A stretch of 64,000 nt of DNA from Nitrosopumilus sp. (GTDB lineage: Archaea > Thermoproteota > Nitrososphaeria > Nitrososphaerales > Nitrosopumilaceae). The notes beneath the pieces were generated by a model. It did no database searches, was not told the origin of the DNA, and saw only the letters and a list, made by a program, of their open reading frames with translations. Within the stretch, counting starts at the first letter, position 1, and every line of letters begins with the position of its first letter. Location of the stretch: positions 1,696,001-1,760,000 of the forward strand of contig OY763927.2 in assembly GCA_963667665.2 (NCBI GenBank), in the 5' to 3' direction. The position numbers were made by a program, and so were the translations under genes. Positions 1-10,278 of this stretch are shown in pieces.

Positions 1-1
1 T

Positions 2-280
2 AAAGAAGTTATACAAAATATTGTAAATCAATATGATTCTCAAAATATTTGGACTAGCATTCTTGTCACAAATAAATTCTTATCTACTCTTGGCATTGAA
101 TCAGATTATTCTGTAAATTTTGATAATCAAACATGTCATTATTCTGGAATTTCTTTAATTAATTCAGAAAAAATCACTTCACTTGAAAATCTAAAAGAAA
201 ATTTTGTTATAATTGATGATAAGAGAATTGCATTTAATCTAAATACTAAACAAGACTATGATTTACTCAGCACTACCTAA
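2..280 (+). CDS. 3' fragment of an NTP-transferase, probably adenosylcobinamide-phosphate guanylyltransferase (CobY-like)
   Basis: Open frame from the window edge (KEVIQNIV...YSGISLIN...IAFNLNTKQDYDLLSTT*), TAA at 278-280. The C-terminal NxNTxxD motif is typical of the MobA/CobY family. Not in the ORF track. Confidence 0.6.
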   Translation, partial: KEVIQNIVNQYDSQNIWTSILVTNKFLSTLGIESDYSVNFDNQTCHYSGISLINSEKITSLENLKENFVIIDDKRIAFNLNTKQDYDLLSTT

Positions 281-460
281 GATTTTACCATTTATCTTAG
301 CTTTTGAACCTGTTGGTTCTGCAATAGTATTACCACAAGAATTGCATGCAACTAATGTTGATGCATGAGAATAAATTACTTGAAGTTCACCACATTCATC
401 GCAGTTAACTTTTTGAAATTTGCTTGAAGGTTCTGGAATTTCAATATGATCTTTTTTCAT
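263..460 (-). CDS. rps27e: 30S ribosomal protein S27e
   Basis: P-x-S-K-F-x-K-V-x-CxxC...CxxC zinc ribbon; follows L44e as in other archaea. Confidence 0.95.
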   Translation of the reverse strand: MKKDHIEIPEPSSKFQKVNCDECGELQVIYSHASTLVACNSCGNTIAEPTGSKAKINGKILGSAE

Positions 461-738
461 GCTGCCACCAACTCAAACTTTTTAATTCTAATGCCTGGTT
501 TATTGTATTTCTTTTTACACACAGTACATGTCATAATAGGAGTAACTTTTTTTGTAACTTTGGCTGGTTTTGCTAGTTTTGGGAATTTCTGTCCACCGTA
601 TCCGTGTTTACGTTCTGCATGTCGGCGTTCACCTCTAGCAGAACCACGTCTTTTCCCAGCCTTGTAAATGGAGACCTTTTGATCAGTATGTGTTTTACAT
701 TTAGGACAATACTTTCTCATCACCTTGGGAATGTTCAT
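457..738 (-). CDS. rpl44e: 50S ribosomal protein L44e
   Basis: YCPKCKTHT, RHAERKHGYGGQKFP, CTVCKK motifs. Confidence 0.96.
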   Translation of the reverse strand: MNIPKVMRKYCPKCKTHTDQKVSIYKAGKRRGSARGERRHAERKHGYGGQKFPKLAKPAKVTKKVTPIMTCTVCKKKYNKPGIRIKKFELVAA

Positions 739-808
739 ATCAACAAAACCTCTTCAACCGTAATTTAAGCATTGAATCTATAATAGATGCAAAATCCAAT
801 TAATTACC

Positions 809-2572
809 GTGAATTCAAGCCTAGCAAATTCGATTGTCTCTTTGAATTCTGTAGCAATGGGCGACAAAAAAGCCGATCTAATTTTAAAAAATTGTAATTT
901 GTTGTCAGTCTATACAAAAGAAATCATTCCAAAAACTCAGATTGCAATAATTAATGATAGAATTGCATATGTTGGTCCAGATGCTGCACATACACTTGGT
1001 CCAAAAACTACAGTCATTGATGTAAAAGACAAATTTGTATCTCCTGGATTTGCAGATCCACATTTGCATATTGATCAATTTGTATTACCATCTGAATTTG
1101 CAAAAAAGGCGCTTCTTTGTGGTGTTACATCTCTTTTTTCTGATCCAATTGATGTTGTTAGCGTTACAGGTTACAAAGGTTTTCAAGAATTTCTCAAACT
1201 TGGAGAAGATTTACCAATAAGAATTTTCCAAGTGGTTCCTGGAGGTCTTCCTGTAGATGCAAAATTTAGTAACACTAAATCTCTTTCTTTATCGCAAGAA
1301 AAATCTGCAATAAAGCATCCACATGTTCTTGGATTGGGTGAAGTTTTTTCATGGACAAAAGTTACTCGGCGTGAACCTAAAACAATGAAATCTCTTTCAA
1401 CAATGTTAGAGTGTGATTGTATAATTAATGGACATACTGCCGGTATAAGTGAAAAAAAACTCAATGCATACGTTTCATCAGGAATACTCTCTTGTCATGA
1501 ACCGATTAATTTTGATCAAGTGTTAGAAAGATTGCGTCTTGGAATGTGGGTAATGATTAGAGAGGGTTCTATAAGACGTGATTTGAAGGAAATTATTCCT
1601 AGAATTTTGTATCATGGAACCTATCTTAATCGTTTAATGTTTTGCTCTGATGGTCTTAATCCAATAGATATTACAAAATTTGGTCACATTGATCATTGTA
1701 TTAGAGAATCAATCAAACTTGGTCTAAAACCAATAGATGCAATTACGATGGCATCAAAGAATAATTTTGATTATTACAACATGGGAAAAGATCTTGGTGG
1801 AATTGCACCAGGAAAATTAGCAGATATTCTTATTTTCAATGATTTGAAATCATTCAAACCAAGCAAAGTCTTTGTGGGCGGAAAACTTGTAGTCTCTAAT
1901 GGAAGTATTGTAACTTCTATAAAGAAAAAAATAATCTCACCTTGGATTAAAAAAACTGTCAAACTAAAAAAATTCTCAAAAAATGATTTCCTTATAAAAT
2001 CAAAAAAGAAAGATGTTATTGCAAATACTATCTATATGGAAACTGAAATCATTACAAAGATTGGTTCATCTGAACTACATTCAAAAAATGGCCATGTTTC
2101 TGCTTCTTTTGATTCTGATGTATGGAAAGTTGCAGCATTTGATAGAATTCATGGAACAAATCGACATGCAATTGGATTTCTTGAAAACTTTGGAGCAGAT
2201 ATAGGCGCTTTTGCTTCAACTTGGAGTTTTCATGAAAATGATATGATAGTTATCGGTTCTGATGATTCTGATATGGCAATTGCTTCTAATCATATTATTA
2301 AGAATCAGGGTGGACTTGTTGTAGTAAAATCTGGCAAAATTCTTGCTTCTTTGCCTTTACAATTTGCCGGAATCATTTCCACAGATTCTTTTGAAAAGGT
2401 TTCATCAAATTTTCAAAAAATCAATAACTCTATTGTAGATTCAGGATGTAAATTTACCAATCCTCATCTTATTCCATTGTTTTTACCTTTCTTGGCTTTA
2501 CCATCTGTTAGAATTCTCTCAGGTGGAATTGTTGATGTGAAAAAACGAAATTATATCCAGCCGATCAACTAA
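809..2572 (+). CDS. ade: Adenine deaminase (amidohydrolase family)
   Basis: PGFADPHLHID metal motif, SDP, GLGEV, GH, HE, IREGS, IAPGKLAD; 587 aa. Confidence 0.85.
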   Translation: MNSSLANSIVSLNSVAMGDKKADLILKNCNLLSVYTKEIIPKTQIAIINDRIAYVGPDAAHTLGPKTTVIDVKDKFVSPGFADPHLHIDQFVLPSEFAKKALLCGVTSLFSDPIDVVSVTGYKGFQEFLKLGEDLPIRIFQVVPGGLPVDAKFSNTKSLSLSQEKSAIKHPHVLGLGEVFSWTKVTRREPKTMKSLSTMLECDCIINGHTAGISEKKLNAYVSSGILSCHEPINFDQVLERLRLGMWVMIREGSIRRDLKEIIPRILYHGTYLNRLMFCSDGLNPIDITKFGHIDHCIRESIKLGLKPIDAITMASKNNFDYYNMGKDLGGIAPGKLADILIFNDLKSFKPSKVFVGGKLVVSNGSIVTSIKKKIISPWIKKTVKLKKFSKNDFLIKSKKKDVIANTIYMETEIITKIGSSELHSKNGHVSASFDSDVWKVAAFDRIHGTNRHAIGFLENFGADIGAFASTWSFHENDMIVIGSDDSDMAIASNHIIKNQGGLVVVKSGKILASLPLQFAGIISTDSFEKVSSNFQKINNSIVDSGCKFTNPHLIPLFLPFLALPSVRILSGGIVDVKKRNYIQPIN

Positions 2573-2614
2573 GTAATGTTAAAAAGGGGGATTTAGTGGA
2601 TTGATGCAGAATCT

Positions 2615-4237
2615 ATGGCATCAATTCAACAAGGACCAAATGGACCTGTTTTAGTTCTCAAAGAGAGCGCATTACAGCAAAAAGGTAAAGACGCTCAACA
2701 AAACAATATTGCTGCAGCAAAATTAGTTGCACAATTGGTTAAAAGTAGCCTTGGACCAAGAGGCCTTGATAAAATGCTAGTTGACTCTCTAGGTGATGTA
2801 ACTATTACGAATGATGGTGCAACTATTCTAAAAGAAATTGATGTTCAGCATCCAGCAGCCAAAATGATCGTTGAAATCGCTAAAACAGTGGATAATGAAG
2901 TAGGTGATGGTACAACGTCTTCTGTAATTTTTGGAGGAGCATTATTAGCCAAAGCAGAAGATCTTCTCAAAAAAGATGTTCATTCTTCAATTATTGTTGA
3001 GGGTTACCAGACAGCAGCTGATAAAACTCTTGAAATTTACTCTGAATTATCAAAGAAAATACAACCTGATGATAGAGAATCCCTTCTTAAAATTGCAATA
3101 ACTAGTATGCAATCAAAATTAATTTCTGAAGATAGTGGCATTCTATCAAAAATTGTAGTTGATTCAATTCTTAGTATTGTGAAGAAAAAAGGTGATGTCT
3201 ATACTGTTGATCTTGAAAATCTTAAAGTAGAGAAAAAATCAGGTGGTTCAATTCAAGATACACAAATTGTGAAAGGTATTGTTTTAGATAAAGAAATTGT
3301 TCATAGTGGAATGCCTACAAAAATTGAAAAAGCAAACATTGCACTAATAAATTCAGCATTAGAAATTGAAAAAACTGAAATGAGTTCTGAAATTAGAATT
3401 ACTGATCCAACTCAAATGCAGATGTTCTTAGAAGAAGAAAATCGAATGATAAAGACTATGGTTGACAAATTACATGATGTTGGAGCTAATGTCTTGATTT
3501 GTCAAAAAGGAATTGATGATATTGCACAACACTATCTTGCAAAATACGGTATTATGGCAATTCGCCGTGTTAAAGAAAGTGATATGATTAAACTTTCTAA
3601 AGCTACAGGTGGACGTGTAATTAACAACCTAGATGATCTTTCAGAAAAAGATCTTGGCTTTGCTGATTTGGCTCATCAAAAGAAAGTTGAATCTGATAAA
3701 TGGGTGTTCATTGAAGGATGTAAACATCCACAATCAGTCACTTTGTTAATCCGTGGTGGTTCTCAAAGACTAATTGATGAAGTTGATCGTTCAATTCATG
3801 ACGCTTTAATGGTAGTAAAAGATGTAATTGAAAAGCCTGAAATTGTTGCAGGTGGAGGTGCACCAGAATCATTTGCAGCCTCCATTCTTAAGGACTGGGC
3901 TAATAATTTTGATGGAAGAGAACAACTTGCAATTAAAAAATATGCTGAGGCATTAGAGACAATTCCACTAACTATTGCTGAAAATGCAGGCATGGATCCA
4001 ATTGATACTATGGCTAATCTTAGAGCAAAACAAAACCAGGGTCATAAATGGACTGGTATTGATGCTAGAAATACAAAGATTGCTGATATGTTAGCAATTG
4101 ATGTTGTAGAACCAATTGTGGTAAAAGAACAGATTATAAAATCTGCAACAGAAGCAGCATGTATGATTCTTAGAATAGATGATGTTATTGCTGTATCTGG
4201 AGGTCCAGGCGGCGGCGGTATGCCTCCAATGGGATAA
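2615..4237 (+). CDS. ths: Thermosome (group II chaperonin) subunit
   Basis: [31 protein letters not shown] motifs; GGGGMPPMG tail. Confidence 0.97.
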   Translation: MASIQQGPNGPVLVLKESALQQKGKDAQQNNIAAAKLVAQLVKSSLGPRGLDKMLVDSLGDVTITNDGATILKEIDVQHPAAKMIVEIAKTVDNEVGDGTTSSVIFGGALLAKAEDLLKKDVHSSIIVEGYQTAADKTLEIYSELSKKIQPDDRESLLKIAITSMQSKLISEDSGILSKIVVDSILSIVKKKGDVYTVDLENLKVEKKSGGSIQDTQIVKGIVLDKEIVHSGMPTKIEKANIALINSALEIEKTEMSSEIRITDPTQMQMFLEEENRMIKTMVDKLHDVGANVLICQKGIDDIAQHYLAKYGIMAIRRVKESDMIKLSKATGGRVINNLDDLSEKDLGFADLAHQKKVESDKWVFIEGCKHPQSVTLLIRGGSQRLIDEVDRSIHDALMVVKDVIEKPEIVAGGGAPESFAASILKDWANNFDGREQLAIKKYAEALETIPLTIAENAGMDPIDTMANLRAKQNQGHKWTGIDARNTKIADMLAIDVVEPIVVKEQIIKSATEAACMILRIDDVIAVSGGPGGGGMPPMG

Positions 4238-4280
4238 GTTTTAGTTAAAACTTAAGCCATCTAATTTTAATAAATAACTA

Positions 4281-5144
4281 TTGCACAAAATTGGCGTTGA
4301 TTTAGGCGGTACTAAAACAGAAGCTGTTCTTCTTGATGAAAACCTAAATGTTTTAGAGAGAAAACGAGTTTCAACTCCAAAAAATAATTATCAAGAAATT
4401 ATTAACACTATTTCATATTTGGTCTTAGATATCTCTGTAAACATATCTAACTTTTCTTTAGGTATTTGTACACCTGGTGCAATCTCTAAACAAACTGGCT
4501 TAATTAAAAATAGTAACACACAATGTTTGATTGGGAAATCGCTGAAAGAAGATCTAGAAAATAAACTAGGAAAAAAAATATCAGTAGAAAATGATGCTAA
4601 CTGTTTTGCAATGGCTGAAGCTAAAATGGGTGCTGCTAGTGGATTTGGTGTAGTCTTTGGAGTAATAATGGGTACTGGTGTTGGTGGTGGAATTGTAATT
4701 GATGGAAAACTTCATTCTGGTAGAACTAACATTGGGGGAGAATGGGGACATCATACCATACATCGAAATGGAAATTCTTGTTATTGTGGTAAAACTGGAT
4801 GTGTAGAGACTTACATCAGTGGTCCTTCGTTGGAAAAACAATGGAGAGAATTAACTGGAAAATCACAAGTTCTACCTGATATTCTTTCTAACATTGAAAA
4901 TGAGATTGGACAAAAATGGAAAAACGAGTTTTTAGAAAATTTTGGATATGGTCTTGCTAACGTTATAGATATTTTAGATCCTGATGTAATTGTTTTAGGT
5001 GGCGGTTTGTCAAACATTGATTTTTTGTATACTGAAGGAAAAGAATCAGTTCACAGCAAAGTTTTTTCAGATTCAGTTGATACTCCAATTCTGAAAAATA
5101 AATTGGGTGATTCTGCTGGAGTTTTTGGTGCGTGTTTATTATGA
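4281..5144 (+). CDS. ROK family sugar kinase (fructokinase/Mak-like)
   Basis: GVDLGGTK, ENDANCFA, GTGVGGG, GEWGH, CxCGxxGCxE motifs. Confidence 0.9.
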   Translation: MHKIGVDLGGTKTEAVLLDENLNVLERKRVSTPKNNYQEIINTISYLVLDISVNISNFSLGICTPGAISKQTGLIKNSNTQCLIGKSLKEDLENKLGKKISVENDANCFAMAEAKMGAASGFGVVFGVIMGTGVGGGIVIDGKLHSGRTNIGGEWGHHTIHRNGNSCYCGKTGCVETYISGPSLEKQWRELTGKSQVLPDILSNIENEIGQKWKNEFLENFGYGLANVIDILDPDVIVLGGGLSNIDFLYTEGKESVHSKVFSDSVDTPILKNKLGDSAGVFGACLL

Positions 5145-5228
5145 ATAATTTCCATTTTGGAATCTGTTTGTCAAACAAAATGCAGATTATAGATATAACC
5201 ATCAAAACTTAAAGATAATTGTAGAAAA

Positions 5229-6101
5229 TTGGTTTCAAAAATTGTCCTTAGTTTATTTTCTCTAATTCTCTTATTTCAAGTACATCAAGTTTATGCCGAT
5301 GAAGAATTACCAATAATCACACTAAATTTTACTTCTGGAAATATAATTGATCTAGATGAAAGTCCACAAATAATTAGAGCTGAGGTTCTAATTCATAACT
5401 ATAATCCTCAAGATGGTTACACTTTCATGGAAATAACTAGAGTAAGTGATGGAGAAATTATCAAAAACAATGAAATTTTTCCTAAGGTCATTGGTGGAGA
5501 TGAAGATAATTTGTTTCAAGTTCAAATTTTACATTATCTTGAACCTGGTGGAAATACTACAAACTTGATAGGAGATTATGTGATTAGAATTTATTCTGAA
5601 TATGGTATTAGTGAAAGTGTTCAAACATTTTCTATTATTAAATCAAGTATGCCTGTAATTGTTACTCAAAATGACGTTGATGAATCAGAAGCACCTGAAG
5701 AATTACTAACATCTGATGAATCATTAACACTTGATGAATACTATGATGATCTTGAAGATCAACTAGAAAACTTTTGTTCTATGACTGATGAGGAACAATT
5801 TGACTTTTTTTCTGAGAATCCAGATGTCATTGATTTTGACGAAGAACTTGTCACCGTTTGTGAAATAGAAGATGAAGCTGAACGTGAAGATACTCTAGAT
5901 GATTCTATTGATGTACTAATTTCAGAGCTAAGAGATGATGTAGAAGATACTGTTGAAGATAGTGTAGAATCAACTAAAATTCCTTCTTGGGTACATGATA
6001 TTTTTGTTTGGTATGCAGAGGAAAGTATTTCAGAAAATGAATTGTTAGCATCACTAGAATATCTAATTTCTCAAGGAATTATTAATGTAGATTTTAATTA
6101 A
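5229..6101 (+). CDS. Secreted acidic protein with a thaumarchaeal C-terminal IPxWxxxxxxW domain
   Basis: Signal peptide ending VYA; Asp/Glu-rich middle; C-terminus IPSWVHDIFVWYAEESISENELLASLEYLISQGII. Confidence 0.7.
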   Translation: MVSKIVLSLFSLILLFQVHQVYADEELPIITLNFTSGNIIDLDESPQIIRAEVLIHNYNPQDGYTFMEITRVSDGEIIKNNEIFPKVIGGDEDNLFQVQILHYLEPGGNTTNLIGDYVIRIYSEYGISESVQTFSIIKSSMPVIVTQNDVDESEAPEELLTSDESLTLDEYYDDLEDQLENFCSMTDEEQFDFFSENPDVIDFDEELVTVCEIEDEAEREDTLDDSIDVLISELRDDVEDTVEDSVESTKIPSWVHDIFVWYAEESISENELLASLEYLISQGIINVDFN

Positions 6102-6111
6102 TTTACAGATA

Positions 6112-6474
6112 TCAAGAATATTTCTTTTTAATTTCTAAAACTTTATCAACAATTTTAATCACATCTGCATCTAGTTCTGTACTAATCAAAATCAATCCTG
6201 CACCTTCAATAGGAATAGTAATCCGATAAATTTTTTCATATTTTGTCAATGCAAAAATAGGATTTCCAATTTTTTCGGCAGTTTTTTTACGGGTAGACCA
6301 TCTGTAAATTGCTTGAGATAAAGTCAATTCAGTTTCTTCTCTTGATAAGTGACTCTTCAATCCAGGTCTCATTTTATCATAAAGTTCACCATAATCATAT
6401 GCTCCTACATATCTAATTTTTTTATCACATTCTAAAATTTCATTGCAAATTTTTTCATATCCCATATTTTTCAC
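6112..6474 (-). CDS. Small thaumarchaeal roadblock/profilin-like protein (DUF6659-like)
   Basis: Pattern C..IL..D..IRYVG...G...Y.KI.RITIP...LISTE, common in AOA genomes. Confidence 0.6.
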   Translation of the reverse strand: MKNMGYEKICNEILECDKKIRYVGAYDYGELYDKMRPGLKSHLSREETELTLSQAIYRWSTRKKTAEKIGNPIFALTKYEKIYRITIPIEGAGLILISTELDADVIKIVDKVLEIKKKYS

Positions 6475-8021
6475 TACTGTGGTTCAATTGTTGCAGGCGG
6501 TTTACTTGAAATGGTATACGTTACCCAAGTGACATCTTCAATTTCATTTGTAATTCTATTACTAATTTTTTCTAACAGGCCATGTGGAAGTCTTGTCCAA
6601 TCTGCAGTCATCGCGTCAATAGAATCCACAACTCGTATCATTACAATGTTTCCATATCTCCTTTCATCACCAACAACACCAACTGCCTTATCGTCACCAA
6701 CTGCAGCATAAGCTTGCCAAACTTTATCATACAAGTCAGCTTCCATTAATTCGTCTTCAACAATTTTACTTGCTACTCTGGTAATCTGCAGTTTAGTTTG
6801 GGTTACTTCTCCTATTATTCTAACAGCTAGTCCTGGACCCGGAAATGGATGTCTCATCAAAAGTTTTTCTGGAACTTTTAAAATTTTTGCTATCTTTCTT
6901 ACTTCATCCTTGTACAATTCTTTTAGTGGTTCTAAAATTTCTAAATTTAACCAATCTGGTAACCCTCCAACGTTGTGATGAGTCTTAATTACTGCTGCTG
7001 GTCCCTTTGAAACTCCGCTTTCAATTACATCTGGATAAAGTGTGCCTTGAGCTAACCATTTGAAAGGACCATTTTTTTCAGAAAATTCAGTAAATACACG
7101 AATAAATTCCTCTCCTACAATCTTTCTCTTTTTCTCAGGATCCTCTACTCCTTTGAGTTTACTAAGGAATTGTTCAACTGCATTTACTGCTGTAAAATTT
7201 ACATTGAAATTATCTTTGAACATTTCTTCAATTTCTGTTTCTTCGTTTAATCGCAGCAAACCATTATTTACAAAAACACATTTGAGTCTGTCTCCAATTG
7301 CTTTGTGAATTAATAGTGCAACTACAGTTGAATCTATACCTCCACTAACTCCACAAAGTACATTTCCTTCTATTTTTGAAATTTTTTCTACAGATATGTC
7401 AATGAAACTCTCCATATTCCAATCTTGTTTTGCTTTACACACTTTCAAAACAAAATTCTTTAGAATTTCAGTACCTTGTTCTGTATGCACCACTTCAGGG
7501 TGAAATTGAATTCCATAGATTGATTTTTCTTCCGATGCAATTGCAGCAGCTTTTGCACTTTCTGTATGTCCTATTACATGAAATCCTGGTGGAATTTCTT
7601 CTGCTTCATCACCATGACTCATCCACGCTCTTACTGATTCTCCTACACCACTTAGAAGATCTTCATCATTATCAATTGTTAGTAAAGATGAACCATATTC
7701 TTTGTTTGCTCTTTTTATTTTACCGCCATATTTATTTACAATTAATTGATGTCCATAACAAATTCCAAGTAACGGTAAATTCATATCAAAAATTTTATTT
7801 TCTGGAATTGGTGCATCTGAATCATAAACACTTGATGGACCTCCTGAAAAAATTATCCCTTTTGGATTATGTTTTTGTAATTCTTCATAACTAATATCAA
7901 AAGGAACAAGTTCTGCATAAACAGAAAATTCTCTAATTCTTCTACAAATCAAATGGCTGTATTGTGATCCAAAATCTAAAACTAGAATTTTATCCATATC
8001 ATCACTTTTTGATATTTTCAA
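6474..8021 (-). CDS. guaA: GMP synthase (glutamine-hydrolysing)
   Basis: LDFGSQY, GICYGHQ, QFHPEV, SGGIDS, HHNVGGLP, KPPATIE; start may be slightly downstream (MDKILV). Confidence 0.97.
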   Translation of the reverse strand: MKISKSDDMDKILVLDFGSQYSHLICRRIREFSVYAELVPFDISYEELQKHNPKGIIFSGGPSSVYDSDAPIPENKIFDMNLPLLGICYGHQLIVNKYGGKIKRANKEYGSSLLTIDNDEDLLSGVGESVRAWMSHGDEAEEIPPGFHVIGHTESAKAAAIASEEKSIYGIQFHPEVVHTEQGTEILKNFVLKVCKAKQDWNMESFIDISVEKISKIEGNVLCGVSGGIDSTVVALLIHKAIGDRLKCVFVNNGLLRLNEETEIEEMFKDNFNVNFTAVNAVEQFLSKLKGVEDPEKKRKIVGEEFIRVFTEFSEKNGPFKWLAQGTLYPDVIESGVSKGPAAVIKTHHNVGGLPDWLNLEILEPLKELYKDEVRKIAKILKVPEKLLMRHPFPGPGLAVRIIGEVTQTKLQITRVASKIVEDELMEADLYDKVWQAYAAVGDDKAVGVVGDERRYGNIVMIRVVDSIDAMTADWTRLPHGLLEKISNRITNEIEDVTWVTYTISSKPPATIEPQ

Positions 8022-8574
8022 GCATTCGTGTTAATGACCATCCTGCTGTGTTGATTAACTCATTTACTCTTTCTTTTTGTCTATAGTTTTTGATAATAAT
8101 TTCTCTAATGTCTGTTCCATTTTTGTTTATAATGTAGTCAATTATAGACTCTTTTTGGATTTTCCCATTTTCTACATCTACAACATCCTTCTTTTTCATT
8201 TCTCCAATTATCCTGTCTAAGAAGAATGATCTGAATGGTGGAGTATCATCACTAATCACAATTTCATCATCTAAAACTATGGAAACTTGTTCTGGTGTGA
8301 CATATGCATTGGCAATTACTTTACCATCACCTGCTCTTTTAATTGGAATTGAATTCTCTTCAGATTTTTTTTCATTCTCTATTTTGTTTTGAACCTCTAC
8401 TTTTGTTGTTCTCAACTGTGAAGCTTTTGTAAAACTAGAGTCCTTTAAGAACAAATCCAAAATTATGATATTTTTTTCTAACATTTCTATGGATTCTTGA
8501 TGTTTGTCAATTTGTTCGATCAAACTTTCCTTCAAAGTAACAATATCTTTCACTTGTTCCTCTGAAAATTTCAT
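8002..8574 (-). CDS. Hypothetical protein with an N-terminal coiled coil
   Basis: 190-aa ORF coupled to guaA; heptad-like N-terminus. Confidence 0.7.
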   Translation of the reverse strand: MKFSEEQVKDIVTLKESLIEQIDKHQESIEMLEKNIIILDLFLKDSSFTKASQLRTTKVEVQNKIENEKKSEENSIPIKRAGDGKVIANAYVTPEQVSIVLDDEIVISDDTPPFRSFFLDRIIGEMKKKDVVDVENGKIQKESIIDYIINKNGTDIREIIIKNYRQKERVNELINTAGWSLTRMLENIKK

Positions 8575-8609
8575 GATTTGATAAATGAGGGATGGGTATT
8601 AAATGCATT

Positions 8610-9356
8610 CTAGGTAATTATAATATCTACATCTTTGTATGATATTTTTTTAAATCCGTTAATTGGCTTTGATGTGGTAAACAATTCTGATTTTGTAATA
8701 GTTGACAGCCATTCTAACAGTGATTTCCCTCTTTGTAACTTCATTAATTTTGTTTTTCTTTCTGATTTTTTTGTATTTGAAAACTTTCCAATCCGATCTC
8801 CAAAATCCATTCCAAACAAAATAATCTTTTTTGCACCATAATGATTAGCTAGAAAAACTGCTCTATCACCATCTGTGAATCCTCCAAAATTTTGTATTTT
8901 ATTAAACGGCTGTGATTGAGTTGTTCCAATACAATTTTTAAATTTTTTTGAAAAGTCTAGTTTTTCTATATTATCTCCATGTGCATGTACAACAAATATT
9001 GATTTTGTTTTAGCAATTTTTTTCAATGTATTTTCATCTCCATCTAAATCAGTAATCACAATATCTGGAATAATTCCATTTTCTACAAGATGTTTAACTG
9101 AACTGTCTGCAGCAATTTTTATTGATTTTTTGAGATCTTTCAATTTTGGAATGGCAGTTGATAATGATGGTCCAGAGCCTATAACAAAAACAGTTTTTCC
9201 TTTAATTAAATTGATAATTTTTTCATTAACATTTGATTTTTTTAGAATTGAATCTAAAAGAATGGCTGATTCTTTATCCTTTTTTTCACTATACTTGAAT
9301 TCATTTAAAATATCTGAATATATTTTTCTCCAACCTGAAATCATCATATGACTCAA
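8610..9356 (-). CDS. mptE: 6-hydroxymethyl-7,8-dihydropterin pyrophosphokinase (MptE-like)
   Basis: IGSGPSL, AADS, TDLDG, VVHAHGDN, NFGGFTDGDRA, GMDF; divergent from folP. Confidence 0.9.
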   Translation of the reverse strand: MSHMMISGWRKIYSDILNEFKYSEKKDKESAILLDSILKKSNVNEKIINLIKGKTVFVIGSGPSLSTAIPKLKDLKKSIKIAADSSVKHLVENGIIPDIVITDLDGDENTLKKIAKTKSIFVVHAHGDNIEKLDFSKKFKNCIGTTQSQPFNKIQNFGGFTDGDRAVFLANHYGAKKIILFGMDFGDRIGKFSNTKKSERKTKLMKLQRGKSLLEWLSTITKSELFTTSKPINGFKKISYKDVDIIIT

Positions 9357-9357
9357 A

Positions 9358-10248
9358 TTGCATTGGTTTTTGATAAATGATGTGACTCGAATTGGAAATG
9401 TAGGTGTAGGTGGAAAAAATCCTGTACGTATAATGAGTATTCTTAATACCAGTCCTGAATCATTTTACAAAAAATCTATCAAAACAAGCAAAACTGATAT
9501 AAAAAATTCTGTAAAACAGATGGAAAATGATGGTGCAAATTTTATCGATGTTGGAGGTATGTCTACAGCACCATATCTATCTACAACAGTTTCTGAAAAA
9601 GTTGAATCAAAAAGAATTCTTGATGCAATTAAAATAATTCAAAATATATCTAATCTCCCAATATCTGTTGATACCTGTAGAGCCAAAGTTGCTAAAGATG
9701 CTTTAGAACATGGAGTTGAAATAATCAATGATATTTCTGGATTAAAATATGATAAAAACATGCAAGAAGTAATTTCAAAATTTATCCCATCTCTGATTTT
9801 GTGTGCATATGATTCCAAAACTATTTCTGGAAATGTAATAACTACAACTAAAAAATTGCTTCAAGAAAGCTTAAAAATTGCAAAAAAATCACATGTTCCT
9901 TCTGAAAAAATTGTATTAGATCCTGCTATTGGATTTTTTAGAAAAACTGGAAAAGGTCAATTTTTTACAAAAATTAAATCAGATTGGGTAGAAAGAGATC
10001 TATCTATAATCAAAAATCTAAATTCTATTAAACAAAACTTTCCAATTTTAATCTCTGTTTCAAACAAATCTTTTCTAGGTAATCTTTTAGGACAAGAAAA
10101 TCCGTCTGATCGATTATTTGGCTCAATTGCTGCAGAAGCAATATCTGTCATGAATGGTGCTGACATTATTCGTACTCATAATGTTGAGGCAACTAAGGAT
10201 GCAATTACAATTGCTTCTAAACTCTCAAAACGATACAAAGGCTTATAA
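9358..10248 (+). CDS. folP: Dihydropteroate synthase
   Basis: IMSILNTSPESFY, IDVGGMST, ISVDT, INDISG, LDPAIGF, SNKSF, IIRTHNV; true start probably at the GTG near 9382. Confidence 0.92.
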   Translation: MHWFLINDVTRIGNVGVGGKNPVRIMSILNTSPESFYKKSIKTSKTDIKNSVKQMENDGANFIDVGGMSTAPYLSTTVSEKVESKRILDAIKIIQNISNLPISVDTCRAKVAKDALEHGVEIINDISGLKYDKNMQEVISKFIPSLILCAYDSKTISGNVITTTKKLLQESLKIAKKSHVPSEKIVLDPAIGFFRKTGKGQFFTKIKSDWVERDLSIIKNLNSIKQNFPILISVSNKSFLGNLLGQENPSDRLFGSIAAEAISVMNGADIIRTHNVEATKDAITIASKLSKRYKGL

Positions 10249-10278
10249 TCGATATTTAACTTTCTTAACAAGGTTTCA

